The notes under the pieces were generated by a model. The model saw nothing but the letters and a program-made list of their open reading frames with translations, did no database searches and had not been told where the DNA came from. A stretch of DNA of 63,719 nucleotides, filler included, from Octopus bimaculoides (taxonomy: Eukaryota), in assembly GCF_001194135.2 (NCBI RefSeq). It is 4 parts of 4 records of this genome, joined end to end, with 100 filler letters (N's around TTAATTAATTAA, not from the genome) between each part and the next. Parts side by side here need not be neighbours in the genome. Positions count along the whole stretch, not along the records: positions 19,600 to 45,550 come from NC_068997.1; positions 45,651 to 60,002 come from NC_068982.1; 2 more parts are not named here. One strand, written 5' to 3'. Shown here piece by piece: positions 37,325 to 50,330 of the stretch. Within the stretch, counting starts at the first letter, position 1. Each line of letters begins with the position of its first letter. Made by a program: the position numbers and the translations under genes.

Positions 37325-39797
37325 CTTTAACTTGCGTAGAACAGAACGAGGCTGCCAGTGTCCATCCAGCCAAGAGATAGAGAGAGAGAGAGAGAAGTTT
37401 GGGAAAGCGGGATTATAGGCATCTACGATGTTCTTATTATAGAGTTCTTCGTATTTCTTCTTATCTTCTGTGTTATAGATACAGCTTACATCATATGNNN
37501 NNNNNNNNNNNNNNNNNNNNNNNNNNNNNNNNNNNNNNNNNNNNNNNNNNNNNNNNNNNNNNNNNNNNNNNNNNNNNNNNNNNNNNNNNNNNNNNNNNNN
37601 NNNNNNNNNNNNNNNNNNNNNNNNNNNNNNNNNNNNNNNNNNNNNNNNNNNNNNNNNNNNNNNNNNNNNNNNNNNNNNNNNNNNNNNNNNNNNNNNNNNN
37701 NNNNNNNNNNNNNNNNNNNNNNNNNNNNNNNNNNNNNNNNNNNNNNNNNNNNNNNNNNNNNNNNNNNNNNNNNNNNNNNNNNNNNNNNNNNNNNNNNNNN
37801 NNNNNNNNNNNNNNNNNNNNNNNNNNNNNNNNNNNNNNNNNNNNNNNNNNNNNNNNNNNNNNNNNNNNNNNNNNNNNNNNNNNNNNNNNNNNNNNNNNNN
37901 NNNNNNNNNNNNNNNNNNNNNNNNNNNNNNNNNNNNNNNNNNNNNNNNNNNNNNNNNNNNNNNNNNNNNNNNNNNNNNNNNNNNNNNNNNNNNNNNNNNN
38001 NNNNNNNNNNNNNNNNNNNNNNNNNNNNNNNNNNNNNNNNNNNNNNNNNNNNNNNNNNNNNNNNNNNNNNNNNNNNNNNNNNNNNNNNNNNNNNNNNNNN
38101 NNNNNNNNNNNNNNNNNNNNNNNNNNNNNNNNNNNNNNNNNNNNNNNNNNNNNNNNNNNNNNNNNNNNNNNNNNNNNNNNNNNNNNNNNNNNNNNNNNNN
38201 NNNNNNNNNNNNNNNNNNNNNNNNNNNNNNNNNNNNATATATATATATATATAAAATTCCTTCAATAAAGAAAATATGTAATGACCATTATCTATGTCAT
38301 GTCTTACAATAGACATATGTGTGTGCCTGTGTATGTATGTATGTATGTATGTATGTATGTACGAACGTATGTATGTCTATGTTTTTTTTTTCCGTATGCC
38401 CTTTTCACATCTATCCCTTCTTTATGTTTGTCACCACCATTGTCATCTTCATCGTGAACTGGGTTGCACAATACGTAATGCAACGGGCAAAACACTCGGA
38501 AGATATTCAGTTACATCTCATCCACTCCACATACACTCCACCACCACCACCACCACCGCTACGGCCACTTCCACCGCGATTCCACTTTACATAATGTATG
38601 CTCTGATGTAATTAAATCACAAAAATATATAATAAATAAACATACGGTAGATTCTCACACCTTATTTTCAAACTGTTTTTTTTTTNNNNNNNNNNNNNNN
38701 NNNNNNNNNNNNNNNNNNNNNNNNNNNNNNNNNNNNNNNNNNNNNNNNNNNNNNNNNNNNNNNNNNNNNNNNNNNNNNNNNNNNNNNNNNNNNNNNNNNN
38801 NNNNNNNNNNNNNNNNNNNNNNNNNNNNNNNNNNNNNNNNNNNNNNNNNNNNNNNNNNNNNNNNNNNNNNNNNNNNNNNNNNNNNNNNNNNNNNNNNNNN
38901 NNNNNNNNNNNNNNNNNNNNNNNNNNNNNNNNNNNNNNNNNNNNNNNNNNNNNNNNNNNNNNNNNNNNNNNNNNNNNNNNNNNNNNNNNNNNNNNNNNNN
39001 NNNNNNNNNNNNNNNNNNNNNNNNNNNNNNNNNNNNNNNNNNNNNNNNNNNNNNNNNNNNNNNNNNNNNNNNNNNNNNNNNNNNNNNNNNNNNNNNNNNN
39101 NNNNNNNNNNNNNNNNNNNNNNNNNNNNNNNNNNNNNNNNNNNNNNNNNNNNNNNNNNNNNNNNNNNNNNNNNNNNNNNNNNNNNNNNNNNNNNNNNNNN
39201 NNNNNNNNNNNNNNNNNNNNNNNNNNNNNNNNNNNNNNNNNNNNNNNNNNNNNNNNNNNNNNNNNNNNNNNNNNNNNNNNNNNNNNNNNNNNNNNNNNNN
39301 NNNNNNNNNNNNNNNNNNNNNNNNNNNNNNNNNNNNNNNNNNNNNNNNNNNNNNNNNNNNNNNNNNNNNNNNNNNNNNNNNNNNNNNNNNNNNNNNNNNN
39401 NNNNNNNNNNNNNNNNNNNNNNNNNNNNNNNNNNNNNNNNNNNNNNNNNNNNNNNNNNNNNNNNNNNNNNNNNNNNNNNNNNNNNNNNNNNNNNNNNNNN
39501 NNNNNNNNNNNNNNNNNNNNNNNNNNNNNNNNNNNNNNNNNNNNNNNNNNNNNNNNNNNNNNNNNNNNNNNNNNNNNNNNNNNNNNNNNNNNNNNNNNNN
39601 NNNTTATGTTTTTTATCTTTTCATTTGTCTTGCTCGCTGACGTTCTGGTATTTGCTGAATTTTCTTGAGGAGTAATACATACTTTAAGAAATTATTATTT
39701 CTTATATTTAATTGTTTATGTTATGATTTTATTTACTCCATGTACCCAGACCTTGTGGACACCCTGTATAACGCACGCACTCGTTAATTTTTTACCC

Positions 39798-39844
<47 letters not shown>

Positions 39845-39875
39845 CTGTATTTGTGTGAGTGTGTGTGAATATATG

Positions 39876-39907
<32 letters not shown>

Positions 39908-40254
39908 GCTGACTAGTTGATTGTGTCTGTTAGTGTTTCTCGTAACTACCCAACATCGAAGCACCCCACCATTTAAGTTCTTTTTTTTTTCCTAACCAAA
40001 GAACAAAGAGAAATAGCCCCTTCTTCGCCATCCCATCCCCACCCACTTGGTTTCATATATCAAGTGTTACTTAGCAACGACCGTGTTTGTACGTATTCGG
40101 ATGGAGTGCATGCTGTATTGGGTGGCTGTTTCGGTTGTTCCTACCTCGCTGGCTGAGTAGGAAGTGGGTAGACGGGTAGACGGGTAGCTGGCTACCTGAC
40201 ACTCGCGATGAATGGTAGGCGGCTGGGAATTGGAGAGAAGTAACTGGAATATCC

Positions 40255-40466
40255 TTCTCCTCCTCATCATCATCATCCCCACCACCATCCACCTCTTCCT
40301 CCTCCTCCTCCTCCTCCTTATCATCATCATCATCATCATCATTACATTGTCATCAGCATCGTATTATCATCACCATCATCATCAACCTTATCATCGTCAT
40401 CATAATGATACGACTGTCGCCGTCATCATCATCATCATCATCATCACCACCACCACTATCATCATC

Positions 40467-40527
<61 letters not shown>

Positions 40528-40561
40528 CCATCATCATCATCACCATCATCATCATCACCAC

Positions 40562-40647
<86 letters not shown>

Positions 40648-40806
40648 TCATCATTATCGTCGCCATCAGCATCATTGTCGTCTTCATATTACCGTCGTCG
40701 TTATCGTCGTCATCACCATCACCGGCGTCACTATCATATCGTTGCAGTCCTCATTACCCTCGTCATCATCAACATCATCAACATCATCATCATCATCATC
40801 ATCATT

Positions 40807-40844
<38 letters not shown>

Positions 40845-40870
40845 TTTTGTCACCATCAATACTATCATTG
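40255..40870. repeat. Compound (CAT)n/(CGT)n/(CAC)n trinucleotide island
   Basis: About 600 bp of interrupted trinucleotide repeats; the source of the poly-H/S/I ORFs. Confidence 0.95.
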
Positions 40871-41279
40871 CATCGTCGTGAGCAACATCCTATTTGCCAT
40901 CGCCAGCAACATTATCTTCGTTGTTAATGATTTCACGATAGATTTTCCTGTCTGGTCGACAGTTTGGTGTGTGTGCTAAGTGTCAGTCTGCTAGCTACTT
41001 GGTTTCCCGAGACCTATTGCCAAAGTTACCCCGACCCTGTTCATATAGTGATCGTCCGTAGCTCATAGATTACAGAAGTCTCTCTCGTACCCTAAATTCC
41101 ATTGGTATTTGGGAGTTAGCTGAGCGGACTGTTACAACGTGAAATGAAGTGTCTTACCTTGCTTAAAGACACAATGTGCTGCCTGGTCCATGATTTGAAC
41201 TCACGATCTAGTGATCTAGTGATCGTGAGCCCAGCACCTTAATCACTGGGCTACACATCACCACTCATCAAGTTATTGG

Positions 41280-41280
<1 letters not shown>

Positions 41281-41321
<41 letters not shown>

Positions 41322-41590
41322 GTTTAACGTCCGCTTTCCATGCTAGCATGGGTTGGACGATTTGACTGAGGACTGGTGAAACCAGATGGCTACACCAGGC
41401 TCCAATCTGATTTGGCAGAGTTTCTACAGCTGGATGCCCTTCGTAACGCCAACCACTCAGAGAGTGTAGTGGGTGCTTTTACGTGTCACCCGCACGAAGG
41501 CCAGTCAGGCGGTACTGGCAACGGCCACGCTCAAAACGCTGCTTTTTATGTGCCACCCGCACAAGAGCCAGTCCAGGGGCACTGGCGACG
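41281..41590 (-). mobile_element. RTE 3'-end / RTE-tailed short element
   Basis: (CAT)n then cgtttaacgtccgctttccatgctagcatgggttggacg...ggatgcccttc, highly similar to 59005-59290. Confidence 0.8.
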
Positions 41591-42589
41591 ATGGAAATAG
41601 AAATAAATATAGAATAAGAAAACTATGAGACTGAAGGATAGAGAAAAGAAGGAAAAGATGTATAAAAATAGTTAAAGAATAGAAAGAATAAAGTGAGATT
41701 AAGATAAGAGAACGAGGAAAAGAAGAAAAGTTGGAGGAATATAGAGATGGAAAAGTGAGAAAAACAAAAGAAAAAGAAGCGGAAATAAGAAGTAAAAGGC
41801 ATAAATCTGCCCACTGGAAAATGCACATTAATTTAAGCTTAGTTAAATGTATAATGGAAAAATTACGTACGCATGAGGGTAAGGGTAAAAACATAAGAAT
41901 TTGTAACATACATACATACATACATACATACATACGCTGATGCATGTATGTATGCGTGTGTGTATGTACGTATGTATGTACTATGATTATCGTCTGGAGA
42001 GGGAAAGAGAAAAAAGGCAGAAAAGTAAAGGAGAGGGGAGAACTAAAGGCATTGAAGCTTATGAGAAGATACAGATTCATACAAGTATTCTCAAGCGTTG
42101 GAGAAGGAAAGGAAAAGACAAGGCATTACAACAATAAGGCGAAGGAGGGGAAAAAGCGTGGTGAGAGACGCACACATACAGCTGATTGATGCGAGATAAA
42201 ATAAAGTAATATGGTGTTCAAAGTTCCAGAGGAAGTAGATTCAAGTTCTTTTTCCAATTTTGAGAAAATGAAAAGTCAATTTACCAAGAGTCTCTAATTT
42301 ATATATAAAATGCTTTTGAACTCTTCACTGAAATAGAGAACTGTGTGAGTGGTTAGATGGTCAATGGATATTTGGTTAGGCGATCACATGAATGCGCCTG
42401 TTACATGACTGGTTGAAGTACAGGGAAAAATCTCCTGGCATATTTTGCTTTTATTTGTTTTTTGTTTTTTTTTTCTTGGTTTTTCTTGTTACTAAGTTAT
42501 TAGAGTTTCAAATTCCAAGTGTCATTACAGAACGAAGGAACTATTGTTTTTAAATCCAGAAACATTTTTTAATTTTTTTATTAATCAAC

Positions 42590-42800
42590 GGTGTGCTGGC
42601 AGAATCGTTGGCACGCCGGACAAAAGGCCTTAGAGGTATTTCGTTCGTTTTTACGTTCTGAGTTCAAATTCCGCCGAGGTCAACTTTGCCTTTCATTCTT
42701 TCGGAGTCGATAAAGTAAGCACCAGCTGAGCACTGGGGTCAATGTAATCGACTTAACCCCTCTCCCGAAATTACTGGCCTTGTGTCAAAATTTGAAACTA
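42590..42800 (+). mobile_element. SINE family B
   Basis: gctggcagaatcgttggcacgccgg...gagttcaaattccgccgaggtcaactttgcc...ggccttgtgtcaaaatttgaaac. Confidence 0.85.
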
Positions 42801-43354
42801 ATATTATTTTACAAAATTACATTAAGGAGATTTACAAGTTATCAACGATTCCACGAAGGGGTCAATATTGTAAGAAGTTTGCCAGTCCCTGGCATAGAAG
42901 CTACTTTTCAGTTACCTTAAGGCATTGGCACACTTGGAAGTTTCCCAGGGGCCTCACGGGTTTAAGGGCCCAATCCTGATCTAAGTATGCAGGTTGCTTG
43001 TTGTCTATGTATAAATAATATAAATATTATAGGACCCAGTATACTGATTTGCCCAAGTGCCTGTAATACTGCTAAGATGGCCCTGAGTTACCTCATTGGT
43101 ACATCTTCCCTTTTCTCTAAAAAGATGATTGTTTGTGGTTTGAGGTGTATTTGGTTACTATTCTTAGCAGGTCTGGCACCAAGTAGAGGTTCCCACACCA
43201 CCACACGTCGTCTTGTCGGCACAAAAGATAATTTGTCTTTATTTGTCTAAGGTCTTGTGTGTTTCTGTGTATGTGTCTGTGCATTCTCAGTGTTTGTATG
43301 TGAGGGTTTGCGTGTGCATGTGTGCCCTTGTGCATGTATGCCTTTGTGTGTGTG

Positions 43355-43385
<31 letters not shown>

Positions 43386-43939
43386 CTGTGTGTATCTGTG
43401 TATTGTTTGTATTTGTGGGTTGTGTGTATGTGGTTGTATGCCTTTTATGTCTATGTAAGTCTTTATGCGTGTGTGTGTGTGTGTGTGTGTATTTGTGAGT
43501 ATGTATGAACCTTATGTTTGTCTTCTGTTTGTAAATGTGCGTTGTTTCTGAATGTGTATGTGTGACTGTGCATGCATGAAAGTATGTGTGCGTGTGTGTT
43601 GATGTATGCCTGTTTGTGTGTGTGTGTGTGTGTGTTTGCTTATGTGAAAGGTAAGAAGACAACAGAAGGTGCAGTACGGTGTAAGTAGAACCCATACGGA
43701 GCAAAGGTAAAAATCAAAAACAGAAAAATATTTATATGTCTCCCACCACCATTTATTCTCACCTCCGTCCTTCCCTCCCGCTTTTTTTTTTTTTTTCATC
43801 CGAACGCTCGATTTGATTGCCGGGAGGCAAACGCAGTTGACGTCTCGTCTCGTCTCGTCATAGGAAGCCTGTAATTAATTAAACCTTGTGAGGCAATCAT
43901 ATAACAACAACAACAATAACTATAGCAGCAACAACATCG

Positions 43940-44945
43940 CCTTTAATAAGGAACAGCACGAGCCAACGAAGGGGCTTTTTATGTTATCGCTCATCTTGCT
44001 AAAAATAGCAGCCAAATCTCCCGCAAATCGCTCTCTTATTGTCTTCAAAATGGTCACCTTGGATTATGTTATCTAGAGGGAGGATTATTGTAAATTTCAA
44101 AAGAAATGGAAAATAATTACGGGCATAAAAAATTGCAGTGAAATCTCTTACTAAATAATGCCTGATGTCTCAAAAATTAAGGATATTTTTGAATAGGATA
44201 TTCCAGAAAGAATAAATATGGTTTTCAAAAGAATGGAAATCATTTGTAAGCATGAAGAAATAGCTGTTAAATCTCTTCCAAAATAATAATTACTGTCTAA
44301 AAAATGAAGGATATATCTAGAGAATAAATATGATATTCAAAAGAATGAAAGATACTTGCAGACATGAAGAAATAACAGCTAAATCTCTTGCAAAATAATG
44401 TCTACTGTCTCGAAAATTAAGGATATTTTGGATCGTGTGGTCCAGAAATAATTAATATGAAGCAGAAAAGATTGGAAAATACTTGAAGAGGTGAAAAAAA
44501 AAAGAAATAGATAAATAAATTAATAAATGTTGAGTGAATGAGGGAGAAACTATGTGGTTGCTGGATTTGCTAGTAGTAATAGTAGTCAATTCTCCCTCAA
44601 ATTTTATCCCTTCTTAAATAAGGACATGTTAGATCGTGTGGTCCTTGAGACACTGGGCGGTGGGCGGGGTGAAAAGATGAAATGGTCATGACTGAAACAC
44701 AATTGATTATAGATGACCTAGGGTTAAACAAAAAGTACTAACAAGAACAGAAACAACAACAATTACAACAATAAGGTGAAATCGAGACTCTTGCTGGAAA
44801 TAACGACGAAATCTCCCACGTTTCATTCCCTGTCTTCTTGAAAAAGAGAAGGACAGCCTCGAAAATGACAGGATGGTCGTAGATGGAACACGCCTTTGAT
44901 AAGATACATGCTTGGTTAGGGCTCACCTGGGGTTAAACAACAATA
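43940..44945 (+). repeat. Cluster/tandem array of degenerate repeat units (aatagcagccaaatctcc family)
   Basis: aaatctctt anchors at ~44142, ~44269 and ~44381, plus related units at ~44005, ~44580 and ~44800. Single relatives lie at ~12800, ~34520 and ~43150. Confidence 0.6.
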
Positions 44946-45412
44946 AGAAGAAAAGTAACAATAAGAGAAAAAAGATGGTTTGGCTGAAGTACATGATTGC
45001 GTGGGAAAGGGGGAGAGGGATGGAGACAATGTTACATAATAGGGTGGGAGGAGAAAAAAGGATTGAGAGACGGAATTAATTGGAAAATAGGTGGTAGTGG
45101 TGGTGGTGGTGGCGACGGCGGTGGTGGTGTTCATGGTGAGGAAAAGGAGGGTCTAAAGGTTGGAAGGAATAGAAAGGAGAAAGAAAGTATGAATAAAAGG
45201 AAGAAATTAAAGAAAGAAAGAAAGAATGGAGGGATGGGAGATCAAGAGAAAGGAAGGGAAAGATTGACGTGTGTTGCTGTCTGACATCTACTTCCCAGAA
45301 GATTTGTGTCATTCTGGGTTTTAGAAAAATATTTTTTTTTTTAATATATAATTAATAACTTGATTTAAGAACACACACATACTCACATATACACATACAA
45401 GCACACACAGAC

Positions 45413-45463
<51 letters not shown>

Positions 45464-46297
45464 CAGATAGATATGTTTCTTTATTAGCCACACAGGGCTC
45501 AACATAGAAGGGACAAAATACAAATGTAGAGTTTTTCTTTTCGAGGGGGGNNNNNNNNNNNNNNNNNNNNNNNNNNNNNNNNNNNNNNNNNNNNTTAATT
45601 AATTAANNNNNNNNNNNNNNNNNNNNNNNNNNNNNNNNNNNNNNNNNNNNTATAGAGAGAGAGAGAGAGAGAGAGAGATATGTATATGCACTAGAAATAT
45701 GTCACAAAAACAAAATAGAAACTACACTTGGAAATGTAAAGGGAAAGTAAGAAAAATAAGCGAAAATGCACATTGGAAATCAAAAAAAATAAAGGCTTTT
45801 TATGAAAAGTAACGATAGATATATACAATTAGATGAACTGAAGTAGGAATAAAAGTCATTATTGTGAATTGTTAAAGTGATTCAAAAGCATACCGGTTTC
45901 ATAAAGTTACTAATCATTGCTTTGAATGCATACTGATTCCTGAACGGTGTCAGGTCTACTAGTCCCTGAGTAAAAAGATTGTGTAAGGGAGGTAAGTAGT
46001 TTTGGATTTGGTGCAATTAGGGTAGATATAGATCTGTAATGTAAATGGTGTATGAGATGTATGGAGGTTAGTGTTATTAATTCAAAGGTCTTTGTTATAC
46101 TGAGGTGTTGTGTGAACATTAATAGAAGGGGAAAATTAGGATTAAGATTCCTAGCACACCTTTCTATGTGTCCACTGACCTGTATCTGTCTGTATTGTGG
46201 GTGGCAGATTTGTTATTTGTGGAGAGTGGTTCTTCGACGGAGTGATATTCCTGTTTGGCCAATATAATTATTACCACACCCTAAGCATGTAATGGCA

Positions 46298-46330
<33 letters not shown>

Positions 46331-46980
46331 GCATATATGTATATATATATGTATGTATAAATATATGTGCATATATATATATGAAACTACAATTTTATTC
46401 AATCAGGCACTCAACTGTGAGTCCACCGCATCTTATAATGGAAACAGCTATAAGCTAATGAAATTTATAAGATAATTACTTATTCTTTTATCATTCTTTT
46501 CTTACACATACACACATGCATGAGATTAACTGAACTGAGGTATTATTGCATATCCAATTGAAATATAATGATGATAACATAAGTTTGTCTTTTTAATTCA
46601 TGATATAAAAAGGAAATATTGAATTTTAATAATTCAAAAACATTTTAAAAATGAAACAAAAACTCTAAAACATAATTGTTTTAGTAGATAACAGGGTGAT
46701 GAGAGGGGGTGCTATGCTAAGAGAAGTAAAGTTGAGCTAGGAGGAAAGAATGAACAGGTAGGAGGTAATGGGAGGGGTAGCAGTTTATTGATGGGGAAAC
46801 CAAAGGTTAAGAGTGAAAGATGGTAGAATTGAGCAAGGAAGAGAAAACTGTGGAGAAGTGACAAAATGAAAAATTGAAAAGAAAAAAAAAAAAATTTGAA
46901 AAACATTGAAAATAATAATCATTATACAATAAGATAATCATTATGTGAAAAACACAACTCATATGTATGTTGCTTGAAAC

Positions 46981-47224
46981 TTTATTAAAATCTTAGAGTG
47001 ATGACATGATGCACTCACAAATACTGTCATCGGCCAGTTTAAGTCTGAATGGATATCGAGGATGGCGACTTCAGCAATATGGGTGATTGAGATGGGAGAG
47101 GCAGGCTTTTTGGTGTTCCATTGCCAGAGCCATCCTCTGGTAGGAGCTGTAGCCAAGACTTTTCAGTGGATGATCAGAAAATGCCCTGTCTTAACATTCA
47201 CAACAGTATGAAAAAGAGCGAGCG

Positions 47225-47271
<47 letters not shown>

Positions 47272-47312
47272 GAAACAGAGAGAGAGACACTAAAGTAGTG
47301 AGTCTATTTATT
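46981..47312 (-). promoter_or_regulatory. UBE2S: Candidate UBE2S 3' UTR with AATAAA signals
   Basis: Minus-strand AATAAA (plus TTTATT) at 47307-47312 and 46981-46986, with another at 46394-46399, downstream of the stop. Which one is used cannot be told from sequence. Confidence 0.35.
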
Positions 47313-47341
47313 CACAGTCTGTACAAAGTATTAAATAGCTA

Positions 47342-47495
47342 TCATAATCTCTTGAGTACTTTCTTCTTTTCTTTTTTCTTTTTGTCAACTGGTATAATTT
47401 TCTTTTCACCAGCAAATTTGTCTCCTGCATGTTTCTTGGCTATAGGACCATCTGAGGATTTGTCCCGAACATTGGACGATTGCTCCTCTTTGGGT
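47342..47495 (-). CDS. UBE2S: UBE2S terminal coding exon (154 nt to TGA stop)
   Basis: tttctttctttccag|A CCC AAA GAG... completes the split Lys codon, then PKEEQSSNVRDKSSDGPIAKKHAGDKFAGEKKIIPVDKKKKEKKKVLKRL* (TGA then TAG). GP.AKKHAG and the basic terminal L.RL match the UBE2S C-terminal peptide. Confidence 0.95.
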
Positions 47496-47699
47496 CTGGA
47501 AAGAAAGAAATCAAAGTTGAATTACATCACTATACAATGTTTTTTTTAAAAAATGTAATAAAAATTTCTGCAATGAAAAATTTGTTTGCAAAATTTCTAG
47601 AAGAAATACATAGACATTTAGAAGTTTTGAAAAAAACACCCAACAGTTTTGCAGGAGGTTAAATGTTTACACTACTAATATTCCTGTATGACAAAAAGA

Positions 47700-50330
47700 T
47701 TTAGGGATAGGAGGACCCAGAGACAAACTGATATGGAAAAGATGATTATGAAAGCTCAAGGATCCTTCAAATGGACAGAGATTTAGAATGTTCTTAAAGA
47801 AGCATTTTCTGAGAAGGAGGAAGAAATAGAGATATATGACATACAGGACAACTCTTAAGTTCTAATGGGATAATCTACTAAGGGTGACAGACAAAATTTG
47901 TGGTTGGAGCAAAGTTTCTGCCAAACCAAGGGTAACATGGAATAGTTAGGTTGACATAGTCAAACAAGAGAAGAGACAGGTTAGGAAAGTGGAAAATTTG
48001 GGATAGCAAAGAGCCATATCAGGTAGCTAAAAGGGAAGATAGATGTCAGGGTTTATCTAGCTAGGGTAGAAACAGAAAGGAAGATGTTTGCCAATGTCTT
48101 ACAGTATGAAGATCGAAGACCTGAGGTGTTCCAGAATGCTAGTATGTCAGAGAGAATTGAAATGTGGGAGAGAAGTGTATATGGATAGATATAGTATGCT
48201 TGCACTTAATGATTCTGAAAAGAAAGAGGTATGGAAGAACTACCATGAAAGGCTGTTGAATGGGAGGAAGGGAAGCTTCCCCATCTGAACCTTAGAGAAT
48301 GACCAAGTATCTCAGTTGATTGTAGTATGATAAGGCAATTGAAGAAATAAGGAAAGCCCCTGCTCCATCAGGAGTCACTGCTGAGATGCTTAAAATATCT
48401 GGTAGAGTAGGATATAATCTAATAACCTGTATAGTTAATCAAGTTTTTCAGGGAAGTGTAATCACCAGTGTAGCAGCATCATAGTCAGCTGCTACAAGGG
48501 TAAAGGAGACACCTTAGATAGAATTATAGAGGTACCAAATTGCTGGACCAGACAAGGAAAGAGAGTCGTAGCCCAATTGATTAGGAACAGAATTAGACTG
48601 TTGTTGTTGTTGGCACTCCGTCGCTTACAACGTTGAGGGTTCCAGTTGATCCGATCAACGGAATAGCCTGCAAGTGACTGAGCACTCCACAGACACGTGT
48701 ACCCTTAACGTAGTTCTCGGGGGTATTCAGCTTGACACAATGTGACAAGGTTGACCCTTTGAATTACAGGCACAACAGAAACAGGAAGTAAGAGTGAGAG
48801 AAAGTTGTGGTGAACGAGTACAGCAGGGTTCGCCACCATCCCCTGCCAGAGCCTCGTGGAGCTTTAAGTGTTTTTGCTCAATAAACACTCACAACGCCCG
48901 GTCTGGGAATTGAAACTGTGATCCTATGACCACGAGTCCACTGCCCTAACCACTGGGCCATTGCGCCTCCACAGAATTAGACTAGATGAATTGCAATTTG
49001 GCTTTGTACCAAGGAGAAGAACTACTGATGCTATTTTCAGTCAGGCAACTGCAAGAGAAGAATTTAGTTAAGAATAAGGTGTTGTATTTGGCATTTGTGG
49101 ATCTGGAGAAAGTCTTTGACAGAGTATCTTGCTCTGTGACATGGTGGCCTGAGGAAGCTAGACAAATGACATGTGAAAATAGTACAAGTCATGTACAAGG
49201 GTACTGTTAGTAGGGTAAGAGTTAGCTCTGAGCAGAGTGGCAAATTTAGTGCACAGGTAGGTGTTCACCAAGGCCTGATCCTCAACCCCATCCTATTTAT
49301 CATTGTTCTTCAGGCCATAACAGGAATTTATGACCAGCTGCCCACAGATATTACTATATGCTGATGATCTTACTTTCATAGAAGAATCTGTAACAGAACT
49401 AAAATGAAATTCTCAGTGTAGAAGTAAAATCGGAAATTAAAGGGCCTTAAAGTTAACTTGGCAAAAACAAAGATCCAAGTTAGCAAGAAAACAGACAGAA
49501 CCCTACTCACTTCAGGTAAATGGCCCTACTCAATATGTAGGAAAAGTGTAGGCAGGAATTCCATTTGGTGTACCCAGTGCAAGCTATGGATACACAAGAG
49601 CTGCAGTGGAATAATAGAAAGTAGTGTTTGTATATGGCACAAAAGCCATAAAGTCTATAGATATACAAGAAATTCTTTTTCTCAAATGTCCCAGAGGTTG
49701 TCTAGAGGTAGTGGATAATTTCTGCTACCTAGGTGACCTAATTAGCAGTGAAAGAGGAGATACAGGAAGTGTAATTACTAGAATAAGAATAGGATGGAGA
49801 AAGTTCAGAGAGCTTTTGCCTCTGGTGGCAACCAAAGATCTTTCCAAGTGAAAGGAAGATTGTATGATGCCTGTGTGTGAACAACAATGCTACATGGTAG
49901 TGAGACATGGGCTCTAAATGCAGAGGACATGTTAAGACTAGAGAGGAATGAAGCTAGTATGCTCTGCTTGATGTTCAATGTCAGTGTACAGGTGCAACAG
50001 AGTGCTAATGTACTGAGAAAAGTTAGGTATAAGAGGAATTAGATGCAGTGTGCAAGAGAGAAAACTGTGCTGGTCTGATCACGTGATGGATATGGGCAAG
50101 GACATTTCATAAAGAAGTGCCAATCACTTAAAGTGGATGGAACTTATGGAAAAGGGAGACCCAGGAAGACATGGGACGAAGTATTGAAAGCTGACCTCAT
50201 GATACTGAGCCTTATGAAGATTACAAAGGACTGAGATATCTGATGCCTTGCTGTTCACAAGACCCGTCCACCACAGCAGAATTGATATTCTAAAGCCACC
50301 TTAGTAATGTTTGATGGTAAGGAGCTCTGC
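47700..50330 (+). mobile_element. 5'-truncated, decayed RTE LINE in a UBE2S intron (antisense to the gene)
   Basis: Multi-frame remnants: GKAPAPSGVTAEMLKISG, LYLAFVDLEKVFDRV, VGVHQGLILNPILFIIVL, LLYADD, WRKFRELLPL, LHGSETW, GRPRKTWDEV. Many stops and frameshifts. Confidence 0.92.
48600..48970 (-). mobile_element. tRNA-derived SINE (family D type) inserted in the RTE with a 13-bp TSD
   Basis: acagaattagact at 48587-48599 and 48971-48983. Minus-strand head ggaggcgcaatggcccagtggttagggcag with an A box; (CAA)n tail. Confidence 0.9.

Noticed and set aside
38380-38600. Pro/Thr-rich short ORFs
   Set aside because: Driven by a (CCA)n tract with no homology recognised.
41376-41600. Duplicated 74-aa ORF MKPDGYTRLQSD..., also at 59074
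   Set aside because: Antisense reading of an RTE 3'-end repeat, not a gene pair.
45900-46260. Possible Penelope/GIY-YIG linker peptide on the minus strand
   Set aside because: Resemblance too weak to support without a profile search.
47121-47549. 142-aa plus-strand ORF
   Set aside because: Antisense to the UBE2S last exon and 3' UTR, and includes a (GA)n tract.
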